The notes: generated from the sequence alone by a model not told the origin. A stretch of DNA of 63,889 bases, filler included, from Octopus bimaculoides (GCF_001194135.2; 6 parts of 6 records of this genome joined end to end with filler, not necessarily neighbours in it), one strand, 5' to 3'; shown: positions 37,791 to 50,190, counted from the whole stretch's first letter. Translations and numbers: made by a program.

Positions 37791-37792
<2 letters not shown>

Positions 37793-38235
37793 CCATTCTT
37801 TTGTTGGCCACAAGGGCTCACATAAATTACATTAAAAGACATACAACAACATAAAATGCAAAAAATAGGACGATACAAGAGGTTTTACAATGTGTAGACA
37901 ATATAAATATCAATTAAAAATTAAACAAATCAAAACTCCCAATGGGGAGGCGCTTTAAGGACCTCGTGGAAAAACCCACAAAAGCCACGGGTTCCTGAAC
38001 AACAGGGCAAGAGCCCTTTTTGTTTTTCTTACAGGTGCACGCTCAGAATTGGTCCTTTCACACTGGCCATTCTTCCAACATACACCCACCTTTCAACAAA
38101 CTTGCTATAAGGGAACACTTCCCTCTCCACCCTCAACTTCCTTTTCAAGTGAAACTTGAATAAGTTGATGAGGGCTTGACCAAAGAGGAAAGTGCCTGTC
38201 TTTAGCCCTTTCAAACGGGTCCACCATACTACCCC
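37791..38235 (-). mobile_element. Tx1/L1-like LINE, short 5'-truncated 3' end
   Basis: ORF2 end LKGLKTGTFLFGQALINLFKFHLKRKLRVERE..KFVERW..* plus a 3' UTR ending cttgtggccaacaaaag and an (ATT)n tail. Confidence 0.85.
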
Positions 38236-38241
38236 TGTCGC

Positions 38242-39870
38242 TAATAATAATAATGATAATCATTTTATTGGTCAACAGGACCGAAAAAAAAAAAAAGAAA
38301 TGCAAAAGCAAGGGACAAGCAGGCCCTACACAAAGACATGTATTAACAATAAAACAACAACAATTAACAACAAAATATAAACAATAAAATTCCTCATAAG
38401 GAGAGCAGCCAAGGAACCCCGACAAATCCTGGTCACCCCGATCTCCAAGAGCATCCTAGGCAGACACCTCCCTCCTATTCACACGGGCCATCCTTATCGG
38501 GTTCATCCATCTTTCAACAAAAATACTGAGGGCAGGAGAAGCACTTCCTTCTTCACTCATCCTTTTCTTTTCAAGTGGAACTTGACAAATTCGATGAGGC
38601 TTTGGCCAAAGTGGACGGTCTCTGTCTTCAGTCCTTTCAAATTCGTCCACCACACTTCTTCTTTCGCCACCAGACAGAGAAACCCTGTCTACCCTTCTCG
38701 GCCAAAAGGTGCACCCGGATCCGCTTTAGACGTAACAACAGCTGTTCGACAAAGCTCCACTTGTCAGCAACATCCGGGCACTGGACGTCTGCATGCAAAA
38801 TGATTTCATCACTCGTGCCTGTAGAGCTTGCCTCGAATCGGCAGAACCCCCTTGTAGCACTGCCAAGTCAGGGATTTCTGGAAATTATATCTAAGATCCA
38901 GCCCAAAGAAAGACCAGCTAGTTGATCTCTCCCGACACCCAGAGTTTAACAAGGACGTCGTCACTGTTGCTCGCCAATCCTTTATAGAGCCCCAGCATGA
39001 GATTCCTCTGATCTCATTGTCCGATAAGCAGAGGGTTTCGAGCGTTTGCCGACACTCCAGGTGCCAAGCGCTCTTTCTCGATCTACGCTTGATCCAGGAC
39101 TGTAACTCCGTCAATATGATGAGCTATGGAAAATCCCGTCTGACATTCGGCTGCCACATCTGCTCACCTTCAAGGAAACGCTGGAGATGTCACATCCTCA
39201 GTGCATGTCTACGCATCATTAGCCATGGCATGTTCAGTCCTCCGTTTACTGACTGCTGACAGCAAACAGGCCGTCTCATGAGTGGTAACCGTCCTTTCCG
39301 CAGAAAACAGAAGAGCAAGCGCCCTACGACGCTGTCGGTTGGCATGGATCTCTTCAGGTTTCGAGCTGCAGGCTCACTGACTTCTGGTTAATCTTTGCGT
39401 CTGTCACCGCTTCGTACTCCCTTAGGGTGGTGCCGATCCACTCCATTTCCGAGATATCCGACACTATTACGGTGATGACATCCGCATAAGCTGACACGAA
39501 TCTTGCGCATCCTAGTTCATGCGGGATGCCTCTCGAAACATGCAGTTTCCATAGCAATAGCTCGAGAGCCAGCACCTACAGAAAGGGTGAAAGTAAGCAT
39601 ACTTGACGGACCGAAGGTGTGATGCTAAACGATTAGGATAAGCGGCCATTTACTTTGACCTTCGAACAGAAGTCGCTGTACGTCGCAGCGACCCAGCTTC
39701 TGAAAACGGAACCGAAACAAGCCACCGTAAGAACAGACTCCAAGTATTGGTGGTTGACCCTATCGAAAACTTTTGATTAATCCAAATTGATCAGGGCGCC
39801 ATCCTTGCCAGGTTCCCTTAACTACCCTCTGTATGAAGTAAAGCAGGAGGTACAGATTGTAGTTTCGGAC
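38242..39870 (-). pseudogene. Tx1/L1-clade LINE ORF2 relic with RT domain
   Basis: GALINLD*SKVFDRVNHQYL..VKVNGRLS*SF..SVRQVCLLSPFL*VLALE..SAYADV..YEAVTDAKIN. It has multiple stops and frameshifts, and its C-terminus is homologous to 38030-38215. Confidence 0.93.
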
Positions 39871-40164
39871 AATTTCGTAAGCGCGAAATCCTGTAACATG
39901 AGATAGTCGTAACGTGGAGAATGCCTGGATACGTTTACAACTGCAGGAAATGTCAAGGAATATCATGCATATAAGAATTATAACTGACCAGGGGCTAAAC
40001 AACAGCAACAACAACAACAAAAACAAAGGCAACAACAACAAAAACAAAAACAACTACAGCAACAACAACAAGAAAACCTAGCAAAACCGCTTTAGGTGCT
40101 GCCGGTGCCCTATGATGTCTCGCTGATGCCTTGAACACAATCTAATAACAGTGATCCCACCTTA

Positions 40165-40312
40165 AAGGCTTTTAGTCGAAGAAATCAACCCCAGAACTTA
40201 TTCTTCGTAAGCCTAGTACTTATTCTATCGGTATCTTTTGCCGAACCGCTAGTTTGCGAAAAAGTAAACACACCACCATCGGTTGTCAAGTGATGGTGGC
40301 GAGACAAGCACA

Positions 40313-40340
<28 letters not shown>
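40165..40340 (-). mobile_element. SINE family 1, 3' half running into (CA)n and a gap
   Basis: tttagtcgaagaaatcaaccccag..cctagtacttattctatcgg..cggttgtcaagtgatggtgg. Confidence 0.9.
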
Positions 40341-40360
<20 letters not shown>

Positions 40361-41156
40361 NNNNNNNNNNNNNNNNNNNNNNNNNNNNNNNNNNNNNNNN
40401 NNNNTTAATTAATTAANNNNNNNNNNNNNNNNNNNNNNNNNNNNNNNNNNNNNNNNNNNNCCACCACCGCCCCTGCTGTCAAGATCTGACAGACCCTCCA
40501 TCACTTTACTTTTCCCTCCTGGTCACTGAGGTCCCTTGGCTTAACAAGCTTCACTTTAGCTTCGTGTTTTTCGTCTTTCCCGCCCTCCTTCCAGCAATCC
40601 AGCAACCATCAGCATCAGCATCAGCATCAGCATCACCGCTGTTATTGCTGCTGCTGCTGCTGTAGTTGTCGGTGCTGCTGTTGTTGCAGTGTTTGTTTAC
40701 ATCGTTTCCTCCAGCACCAATAAAAAGGATCTCCGTTGGTTTCGCCAATGAGCATCCAATAGTTCGATCAACTGAATAATTTAATTCTTCAATTAGCGCA
40801 CAAGTGGTTGAATATTCCAAAGACATATGATTCCGAAGCAGAATCTGTGTGACAAGGTGTGTTATAGACTTAGATCTTACAATTTCATGTAAAATCTATC
40901 CGGGAGACTGCAAGTACTTTCCTTCATTTTGATTTCTCGAAGAAGACTTGATTACGAGATGTCTTCTCGAGACAGTCTCTAAGCTTTTTTGCAGCATATC
41001 TGCGTTAAGTATGATATACAGAATGCTATTTTGAACTAATACCGCTTTCGTCGCTAAGTATTTATTGAATATTTCAGTAATTTAAATTACAGACATTTAT
41101 GAAGAATCAAATATTTTTATTTCTTTGATGAGGCATATTATCAAAGACATATCGTC

Positions 41157-41295
41157 GCACTCCGTCGGTTGCGACGACGAGGGTTCCAGCTGATCCAATC
41201 AACGGAACAGACTGCTCGTGAAATTGACGTGGAAGTGGCTGAGCACTCCACAGACACGTGTACCTTTAATGTAGTTCTCAGGGATATTCAGCGTG
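41157..41295 (-). mobile_element. 3' tail of the SINE seen at 43976-44353
   Basis: It is a reverse-complement match of 44215-44353. A weaker copy lies at 19410-19500. Confidence 0.9.
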
Positions 41296-41725
41296 TTATT
41301 GCTTTCCTTGTTGTTGTTGTCGTTGAAACTTAACTCCAGGTCAACCCCGATTATGAAAATCTATGATAATTAAAGGCATTCCAACCACGATCATCTTGTA
41401 TTTTAATATATATATATATAATATACATATATATATACATNNNNNNNNNNNNNNNNNNNNNNNNNNNNNNNNNNNNNNNNNNNNNNNNNNNNNNNNNNNN
41501 NNNNNNNNNNNNNNNNNNNNNNNNNNNNNNNNNNNNNNNNNNNNNNNNNNNNNNNNNNNNNNNNNNNNNNNNNNNNNNNNNNNNNNNNNNNNNNNNNNNN
41601 NNNNNNNNNNNNNNNNNNNNNNNNNNNNNNNNNNNNNNNNNNNNNNNNNNNNNNNNNNNNNNNNNNNNNNNNNNNNNNNNNNNNNNNNNNNNNNNNNNNN
41701 NNNNNNNNNNNNNNNNNNNNNNNNN

Positions 41726-41778
<53 letters not shown>

Positions 41779-41782
41779 AGCT

Positions 41783-42000
41783 GAAGGTCGCATGCTGGCA
41801 GGATCGTTAAGCACGCTGGTCAAAATGCTTAGCGACATTTCGTTTACCTTTACGTTTTGAGTTCAAATTCCGCCGAGGTCCACTTTGCCTTTTATCCTTT
41901 CAGGATCAATAAAATAGGTGCCAGTCGAGCACCGGATTCCATGTATTGGATTTACGTCCTTATCTGAAATTGCTGACCTTGTTCCAAACTTTGAAACTAA
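41783..42000 (+). mobile_element. SINE family 2
   Basis: ctggcaggatcgttaagcacgctggtcaaaatgcttagcg..gagttcaaattccgccgaggtccactttgcc. Confidence 0.88.
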
Positions 42001-42663
42001 TATATAAAGAGCTACATTGTTCAAAGAATCTTCCGTTTTAAAGACATCAAGATGCAACTTAAGAAGAACATTTAATTTCGATCCCTAGTAGTTCGGGTTG
42101 CCACGTAGAAAATTCCTCATCAACTCGAATTCAGTGATGGTGTTGTTAACTCCGCCTTAGCGAAGTCGGAGGTATTGTTGATGGTGTGTGTGGACAGTGG
42201 AGGTTTTTAGCGTTGCTGCTTAGCCCTGGGCCAACCCTAATCAAGCAGACTTATAATTAACAATGTCTCAGGCACGATTATCGCTTGCTTTTTAATACAA
42301 TGCATATTGGAGTACATTATGGAATGTGCCCCTTTTACAAAAGAAGCAAAAAAAAAAGGGGGTAAGTAAAAAGTAGGGTGTGATTTGAACGAGATTTGGT
42401 TGCTATTTTTAGCGTGTCAAACGATTACACAAGAACCCCTTCTGTTGGCTCGCCATTGGTGACAGTCGACGCGGCTGCGGAGACAGTGGTGGTGGTGGTG
42501 GTGGTTTTAATGAAAATGAGGGAGATGATGTTGGTGGGGTACAGTGTGTCAAAAGAGTAGAAAGGGTCGGCCAACGGAGTGGGGTGGGTGGTATTGGCGA
42601 AGATGGTGATGCTGATGTTAAACAGATGTGAAAACCAGTATCATGGGTGGAGGCCTCTATAGC

Positions 42664-42698
<35 letters not shown>

Positions 42699-43975
42699 CA
42701 GTAGTAAAAGTAGTGGTGGTGGTGCTAGTACTGAAAAGATAGTGGTCATNNNNNNNNNNNNNNNNNNNNNNNNNNNNNNNNNNNNNNNNNNNNNNNNNNN
42801 NNNNNNNNNNNNNNNNNNNNNNNNNNNNNNNNNNNNNNNNNNNNNNNNNNNNNNNNNNNNNNNNNNNNNNNNNNNNNNNNNNNNNNNNNNNNNNNNNNNN
42901 NNNNNNNNNNNNNNNNNNNNNNNNNNNNNNNNNNNNNNNNNNNNNNNNNNNNNNNNNNNNNNNNNNNNNNNNNNNNNNNNNNNNNNNNNNNNNNNNNNNN
43001 NNNNNNNNNNNNNNNNNNNNNNNNNNNNNNNNNNNNNNNNNNNNNNNNNNNNNNNNNNNNNNNNNNNNNNNNNNNNNNNNNNNNNNNNNNNNNNNNNNNN
43101 NNNNNNNNNNNNNNNNNNNNNNNNNNNNNNNNNNNNNNNNNNNNNNNNNNTAGTAGTAGTAGTAGTAGCAGTAGTAAAAGTAGTGGTGGTGGTGGCGGCA
43201 GTGGTGAGGATGGGGGTGGCGGCGGCGGCGGTGGTGGTGGTGAAGTTAGTGTTGGGTTTGGTCTTTATATTGGTGTTGCTATTGTTATAGGCGTTGGTGT
43301 CCATGTCAGGAGTCTAGTGTCCACTGCTACCTTGTTTCATTAGATGTTGTCGCATTTGCTGTTGTTGTTGTTGCTCAAGATGGCTTTGCTGATATTGTTG
43401 TCGTTGTTGTAATCCTCGTCGTTATGGCTGTTGTTTAACAACATCCCCCTTGTCCGAGTTCGGTCAGCTTAGTTTCCTTCAAGTTATTAGATCCGTCCGT
43501 CAGAAGCGGTTAACCTCTCTCTCGTCTGCGAGGACCTCATATGTATCATTGCGTACCAGTGTGCATATGTGTGTGCACAGATGGTGCATGTGTATATATA
43601 TGTGTGTGTGTGTGTGTCTTTATGCATGTGTACATGTCTGTACGTAGTAAGGAAGCAGGCTTCAATGTCCAGCTCCAGCCAACATACAATGACTTGTTCT
43701 TAGGTGACAAGAATGATCCGTTTCTCGCACAACCCCGTCACTAACTCCGGTGCCCCGGATTTGTAACGTCCCACCTCCAGACAGTACAGTTACCCGCTGT
43801 AGTTTAAACAGGATCTGCACATTTCTGCATCTAATTTGCCATTCGAGCGCTGTGAGAATATCTTGGAGTGTTTGTAAAACTAGAGCAGCCTGCGATTGCA
43901 ATGCGCATTCGATTCCTGACAGGGGACGTTCCTTTTGTTTAGTTCTCGTATTGACTTCTATATACAGAAGCCTAC

Positions 43976-44353
43976 AGTGGAGGCGCAATGGCCCAGTGGT
44001 TAGGGCAGCGGACTCGCGGTCGTAGGATCGCAGTTTCGATTCCCAGACCGGGCGTTGCAAGTCTTTATTGAGCAGAAATACCTAAAGCTCCACGAGGCTC
44101 CGGCAGGGGATGGTGGCGAACCATGCTGTACTCTTCCACCACAACTTTCTCTCACTCTTTCTTCCTGTTTCTGTTGTACCTGTATTTCAAAGGGTCAGCC
44201 TTGTTACACTGTATCACGCTGAATATCCCCGAGAACTACGTTAAGGGTACACGTGTCTGTGGAGTGCTCAGCCACTTGCACGTTAATTTCACGAGCAGGC
44301 TGTTCTGTTGATCGGATCAACTGGAACCCTCGATGTCGTAAGCGACGGAGTGC
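43976..44353 (+). mobile_element. tRNA-derived SINE (family 4-type head, distinct body and tail)
   Basis: A-box-like tggcccagtggttagg and B-box-like gtttcgattcc. The tail is repeated at 41157-41295. Confidence 0.9.
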
Positions 44354-45519
44354 NNNNNNNNNNNNNNNNNNNNNNNNNNNNNNNNNNNNNNNNNNNNNNN
44401 NNNNNNNNNNNNNNNNNNNNNNNNNNNNNNNNNNNNNNNNNNNNNNNNNNNNNNNNNNNNNNNNNNNNNNNNNNNNNNNNNNNNNNNNNNNNNNNNNNNN
44501 NNNNNNNNNNNNNNNNNNNNNNNNNNNNNNNNNNNNNNNNNNNNNNNNNNNNNNNNNNNNNNNNNNNNNNNNNNNNNNNNNNNNNNNNNNNNNNNNNNNN
44601 NNNNNNNNNNNNNNNNNNNNNNNNNNNNNNNNNNNNNNNNNNNNNNNNNNNNNNNNNNNNNNNNNNNNNNNNNNNNNNNNNNNNNNNNNNNNNNNNNNNN
44701 NNNNNNNNNNNNNNNNNNNNNNNNNNNNNNNNNNNNNNNNNNNNNNNNNNNNNNNNNNNNNNNNNNNNNNNNNNNNNNNNNNNNNNNNNNNNNNNNNNNN
44801 NNNNNNNNNNNNNNNNNNNNNNNNNNNNNNNNNNNNNNNNNNNNNNNNNNNNNNNNNNNNNNNNNNNNNNNNNNNNNNNNNNNNNNNNNNNNNNNNNNNN
44901 NNNNNNNNNNNNNNNNNNNNNNNNNNNNNNNNNNNNNNNNNNNNNNNNNNNNNNNNNNNNNNNNNNNNNNNNNNNNNNNNNNNNNNNNNNNNNNNNNNNN
45001 NNNNNNNNNNNNNNNNNNNNNNNNNNNNNNNNNNNNNNNNNNNNNNNNNNNNNNNNNNNNNNNNNNNNNNNNNNNNNNNNNNNNNNNNNNNNNNNNNNNN
45101 NNNNNNNNNNNNNNNNNNNNNNNNNNNNNNNNNNNNNNNNNNNNNNNNNNNNNNNNNNNNNNNNNNNNNNNNNNNNNNNNNNNNNNNNNNNNNNNNNNNN
45201 NNNNNNNNNNNNNNNNNNNNNNNNNNNNNNNNNNNNNNNNNNNNNNNNNNNNNNNNNNNNNNNNNNNNNNNNNNNNNNNNNNNNNNNNNNNNNNNNNNNN
45301 NNNNNNNNNNNNNNNNNGTATGTGTTGTGGTTTGCTGTGATGCTCTTATGGTTACTGTATTGAAAGTGTTTTGTGTAGGATGTTTAGTGCCCAGCAGTGC
45401 AATTTTCTGTATGTTATATATATTTGTAAGTCCTGGTTATTATTATTATTTTGATTATTATTATTATTATTATTTAAGTCAGCGAGCTGGCAGAATCGTT
45501 AGCACGATAATTATTATTA

Positions 45520-45596
<77 letters not shown>

Positions 45597-45844
45597 ACTA
45601 GGCTTGATACCTTGTTAATTGGAGGAATGTACACATGCACGCATACAGGGATGTGCTCGAACTTATACATACATATATATACATGCACACACACATACAC
45701 ATGTATATACATATATATACAAGTGTACACATACTGATAAATACGTATGTATATATGTATATGAATGTGTGTGTTTGTAAGCATGTATATACAAAGAATA
45801 TATATACATGTATACACACATATATGTACATACTTACATCTACA

Positions 45845-46034
45845 TGTGTATATACATGCATATCAGGGTACAGGACGTTAGAACAATAAACTACAGACAA
45901 CGGAACGAACACATAGGAAAACGGAAAGCCCCTTGGAATATCCCTTCATCAGCTGTCTCTATTCTATCTAGACGTTTCGAAGACCAGACAGGACGTACTC
46001 TAGAATAGTCTCTTCCTGAGTAGTGGATCAAATC
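45845..46034 (-). mobile_element. Penelope-type terminal repeat (assembly duplicate at 46720-46906)
   Basis: The minus strand contains cgaaacgtc and ctgatgaaggg. The end motif tgcatatc(a/g)ggtacaggacgt is shared with 10750-10815. Confidence 0.5.
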
Positions 46035-47463
46035 NNNNNNNNNNNNNNNNNNNNNNNNNNNNNNNNNNNNNNNNNNNNNNNNNNNNNNNNNNNNNNNNNN
46101 NNNNNNNNNNNNNNNNNNNNNNNNNNNNNNNNNNNNNNNNNNNNNNNNNNNNNNNNNNNNNNNNNNNNNNNNNNNNNNNNNNNNNNNNNNNNNNNNNNNN
46201 NNNNNNNNNNNNNNNNNNNNNNNNNNNNNNNNNNNNNNNNNNNNNNNNNNNNNNNNNNNNNNNNNNNNNNNNNNNNNNNNNNNNNNNNNNNNNNNNNNNN
46301 NNNNNNNNNNNNNNNNNNNNNNNNNNNNNNNNNNNNNNNNNNNNNNNNNNNNNNNNNNNNNNNNNNNNNNNNNNNNNNNNNNNNNNNNNNNNNNNNNNNN
46401 NNNNNNNNNNNNNNNNNNNNNNNNNNNNNNNNNNNNNNNNNNNNNNNNNNNNNNNNNNNNNNNNNNNNNNNNNNNNNNNNNNNNNNNNNNNNNNNNNNNN
46501 NNNNNNNNNNNNNNNNNNNNNNNNNNNNNNNNNNNNNNNNNNNNNNNNNNNNNNNNNNNNNNNNNNNNNNNNNNNNNNNNNNNNNNNNNNNNNNNNNNNN
46601 NNNNNNNNNNNNNNNNNNNNNNNNNNNNNNNNNNNNNNNNNNNNNNNNNNNNNNNNGTATATACAAAGAATATATATACATGTATACACACATATATGTA
46701 CATACTTACATCTACATGTGTATATACATGCATATCAGGGTACAGGACGTTAGAACAATAAACTACAGACAACGGAACGAACACATAGGAAAACGGAAAG
46801 CCCCTTGGAATATCCCTTCATCAGCTGTCTCTATTCTATCTAGACGTTTCGAAGACCAGACAGGACGTACTCTAGAATAGTCTCTTCCTGAGTAGTGGAT
46901 CAAATCATGCATACACATATTCATATGCAAATACGTGGAAAGATTTAAGACAGTTTCCGTTCGAAGGGCATTCAAAAGTACTTTTACAATTACAAGTTTT
47001 AATGTCAGGGACTCTACCGTTAGTAGTATTGGATACGTTATGCAAATAATATATACATAAGTACATACACACATATAAAGATACATCGATACATAAATGA
47101 ATAGATAATTAGCAACAGACAGACAGACAGATAAGCAGACAGATAGATAGATAAATAGATAGATAAATATCACAACTGTCTATCAGTCTTTGTATCAGTA
47201 CATCTATATAACGGTCTGACTGGGTATTGAAATATCGATCTAACTCTTTACCATAATATAATCTGTCTGTTTATCTAAATATCTGTTTAGATATATGAAG
47301 TCTGTAACTTCATTTATCTGACGCTCTGAACATTCATTTATCTAAGTGTCTTTCTATTTCAGGTTTTCTCTTCTCATTTACTCCCACCCATAAATATAAA
47401 CACGCAGACATATATACATATATATGTGTGTGTGTGTGTGTATGTACATATTTAGCAATTATA

Positions 47464-47499
<36 letters not shown>

Positions 47500-47519
47500 T
47501 GTGTGTATAGTAAATCCCA

Positions 47520-47690
47520 AAAAGAACAAACACAAAAGAAACAACAACGCAAGGACGTGGTACATGTAATGTATTAGCAGACGTTCAAGAAAAGAAAGAA
47601 AGTGGGTTTAACGTTTCGAGCAGACGCTCTTCTTCGGAAACAGAGGAAAGTTCAATAGAAGGGAAGACGAAGAAAATCGCAAACGATTCA
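47520..47690 (-). mobile_element. Penelope-type terminal repeat with near-intact minimal hammerhead
   Basis: See 47606-47641. Confidence 0.6.
47606..47641 (-). ncRNA. Minimal type I hammerhead ribozyme-like motif
   Basis: GTTT-CCGAAGA-A-GAGC-GTCT-GCTC-GAAA-CGTT-AAAC. It has a 4-bp stem I, a 4-bp stem II, and a palindromic ACGT stem III as in Penelope-like-element hammerheads. The core carries U4C. Confidence 0.6.
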
Positions 47691-47699
47691 CATGTGTTT

Positions 47700-47850
47700 A
47701 CATGTTTTTATTCGTTCACTCTCCTTTTTTTTCCTTCTCAGTCCTTTCTGTCAAAGAATAAAGCTCGAGACGTCAAAGACTCTTCCATTCTTCCCGATCG
47801 TCAGACTAATACACCTGCTTGTTGTTCCCCCACCTGTCTTCGTCTTTTGT
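47700..47850 (+). mobile_element. Penelope-type terminal repeat, same family as 8947-9110
   Basis: 47744-47778 reads CTTT-CTGTCAA-A-GAATAAA-GCTC-GAGA-CGTC-AAAG. The downstream taatacacctg..ttcgtcttttgttt matches the 9-kb copy. Confidence 0.6.
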
Positions 47851-47998
47851 TTGCTCTGTGTGTGCGTATATATATATAAACATACATATACATCTTATNN
47901 NNNNNNNNNNNNNNNNNNNNNNNNNNNNNNNNNNNNNNNNNNTTAATTAATTAANNNNNNNNNNNNNNNNNNNNNNNNNNNNNNNNNNNNNNNNNNNN

Positions 47999-48077
<79 letters not shown>

Positions 48078-48109
48078 GTATGTATGCATGTATGTATGTA
48101 TATGTTTGT

Positions 48110-48305
48110 ATGTCTGTGTTTGTCCCCTCAACATCGCTTGACAACCGATGCTGTTGTGTTTACGTCTCCGTAACTTAGCTGTTCGGCAAAAAGACCGATA
48201 GAATAAGCACTAGACCTACAAAGAATAGGTCCTGGGGTCGATTTGCTCGGCTAAAGGTGGTACTCCAGTATGGCCGCAGTCAAATGATTGAAACAAATAA
48301 AAGAA
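48110..48305 (+). mobile_element. SINE family 1, 3' half
   Basis: tctgtgtttgtcccctcaacatcgcttgacaaccgatg..gaccgatagaataag..tggccgcagtcaaatgattgaaacaa. Confidence 0.9.
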
Positions 48306-50159
48306 TAAACATATCAATAAATAAGTAAATGAATGAATGAATGAATGAATAAAATAAATAAATAATGTCTGACTCTTCAATTTCATACGGTTTAAACAAT
48401 GGATATTCACTTAACCTGCCATCGAAGTATTTTTATAGCTGCCTGCTTTCTTTCAAACCCCATCAAGTAGTCATTCTCTCTTCATTTACAATCGAAGTAA
48501 AATGGACGCTAGCCGTCACGCCGAACGATTTGTTGGCCTGCAGTATTAATTAAACATAGCAGACGAAGAGTAAAAATCACTACATGATGTCACTCTTACC
48601 ATTCCTTTACCATTTTTCTCTTTTTTCTTTTCTTTTCTTTCTGTACATACTTTGTAACATGTAGCCAAAACTGTTGGATTTCATTAGGTATGGTATATGG
48701 ATCGTCTGCTTTATTCATTTATTCAATAAGTAACGTGTGCGCGTGTATGTGTGAATGTGTATTTATGTGTTTGTACGTGTGTGTGTGTGTATTAATCAGC
48801 AAAATGGGAGCGAGAAAATAGATAGACAGATATATATATATAGTGTTGATATATTTTCGATTAATTTTGATTAATAATATTTGATTAATTATTAATCTTT
48901 ATAGTTTATAATATCGTTAAAGTTTTTTTTAAATCAAAACTTTGTATATATATATATATAAAGTTTATTCTTTTATTCTTAATAATTTTTTCTTTCCTAA
49001 TTTTTTCATTCATAATTTTTCCATTCATAATTTTTTCATTCATATTTTTTATTATTACGTTTGTAGAAATAAATAATCTTGTATTTTTTCTATTATTCAA
49101 TTGATCTTTAATTATAATTAAATAAACGTCTTTAGCTTTAAATAGTATAGCTTTAACTATTACACCGGTTAAATATGTACTAATTTTATCTTCATTATTA
49201 TTTTAAACTTAAANNNNNNNNNNNNNNNNNNNNNNNNNNNNNNNNNNNNNNNNNNNNNNNNNNNNNNNNNNNNNNNNNNNNNNNNNNNNNNNNNNNNNNN
49301 NNNNNNNNNNNNNNNNNNNNNNNNNNNNNNNNNNNNNNNNNNNNNNNNNNNNNNNNNNNNNNNNNNNNNNNNNNNNNNNNNNNNNNNNNNNNNNNNNNNN
49401 NNNNNNNNNNNNNNNNNNNNNNNNNNNNNNNNNNNNNNNNNNNNNNNNNNNNNNNNNNNNNNNNNNNNNNNNNNNNNNNNNNNNNNNNNNNNNNNNNNNN
49501 NNNNNNNNNNNNNNNNNNNNNNNNNNNNNNNNNNNNNNNNNNNNNNNNNNNNNNNNNNNNNNNNNNNNNNNNNNNNNNNNNNNNNNNNNNNNNNNNNNNN
49601 NNNNNNNNNNNNNNNNNNNNNNNNNNNNNNNNNNNNNNNNNNNNNNNNNNNNNNNNNNNNNNNNNNNNNNNNNNNNNNNNNNNNNNNNNNNNNNNNNNNN
49701 NNNNNNNNNNNNNNNNNNNNNNNNNNNNNNNNNNNNNNNNNNNNNNNNNNNNNNNNNNNNNNNNNNNNNNNNNNNNNNNNNNNNNNNNNNNNNNNNNNNN
49801 NNNNNNNNNNNNNNNNNNNNNNNNNNNNNNNNNNNNNNNNNNNNNNNNNNNNNNNNNNNNNNNNNNNNNNNNNNNNNNNNNNNNNNNNNNNNNNNNNNNN
49901 NNNNNNNNNNNNNNNNNNNNNNNNNNNNNNNNNNNNNNNNNNNNNNNNNNNNNNNNNNNNNNNNNNNNNNNNNNNNNNNNNNNNNNNNNNNNNNNNNNNN
50001 NNNNNNNNNNNNNNNNNNNNNNNNNNNNNNNNNNNNNNNNNNNNNNNNNNNNNNNNNNNNNNNNNNNNNNNNNNNNNNNNNNNNNNNNNNNNNNNNNNNN
50101 NNNNNNNNNNNNNNNNNNNNNNNNNNNNNNNNNNNNNNNNNNNNNNNNNNNNNNNNNNN

Positions 50160-50190
<31 letters not shown>

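Noticed and set aside
40551-40826. 91-aa minus ORF
   Set aside because: It is low complexity from trinucleotide repeats, with no recognisable domain or splice support.
43662-43970. Minus ORF with Ig-like RVTVLSGGGTLQIRG
   Set aside because: It lacks the D-x-G-x-Y-x-C motif and usable splice sites. The upstream LQSQAALV..LTALEW..LFK could equally be a decayed CR1/L2-type LINE end. Unresolved, but not supportable as a gene.
43976-44050. tRNA gene
   Set aside because: The A/B boxes continue into a SINE body repeated elsewhere and no complete cloverleaf is evident. The same applies to 63240-63313 and 9120-9180.
45780-46906. Exact ~250-bp direct repeat that looks like paired LTRs
   Set aside because: The copies are identical and flank a gap, consistent with contig-overlap or haplotype duplication.
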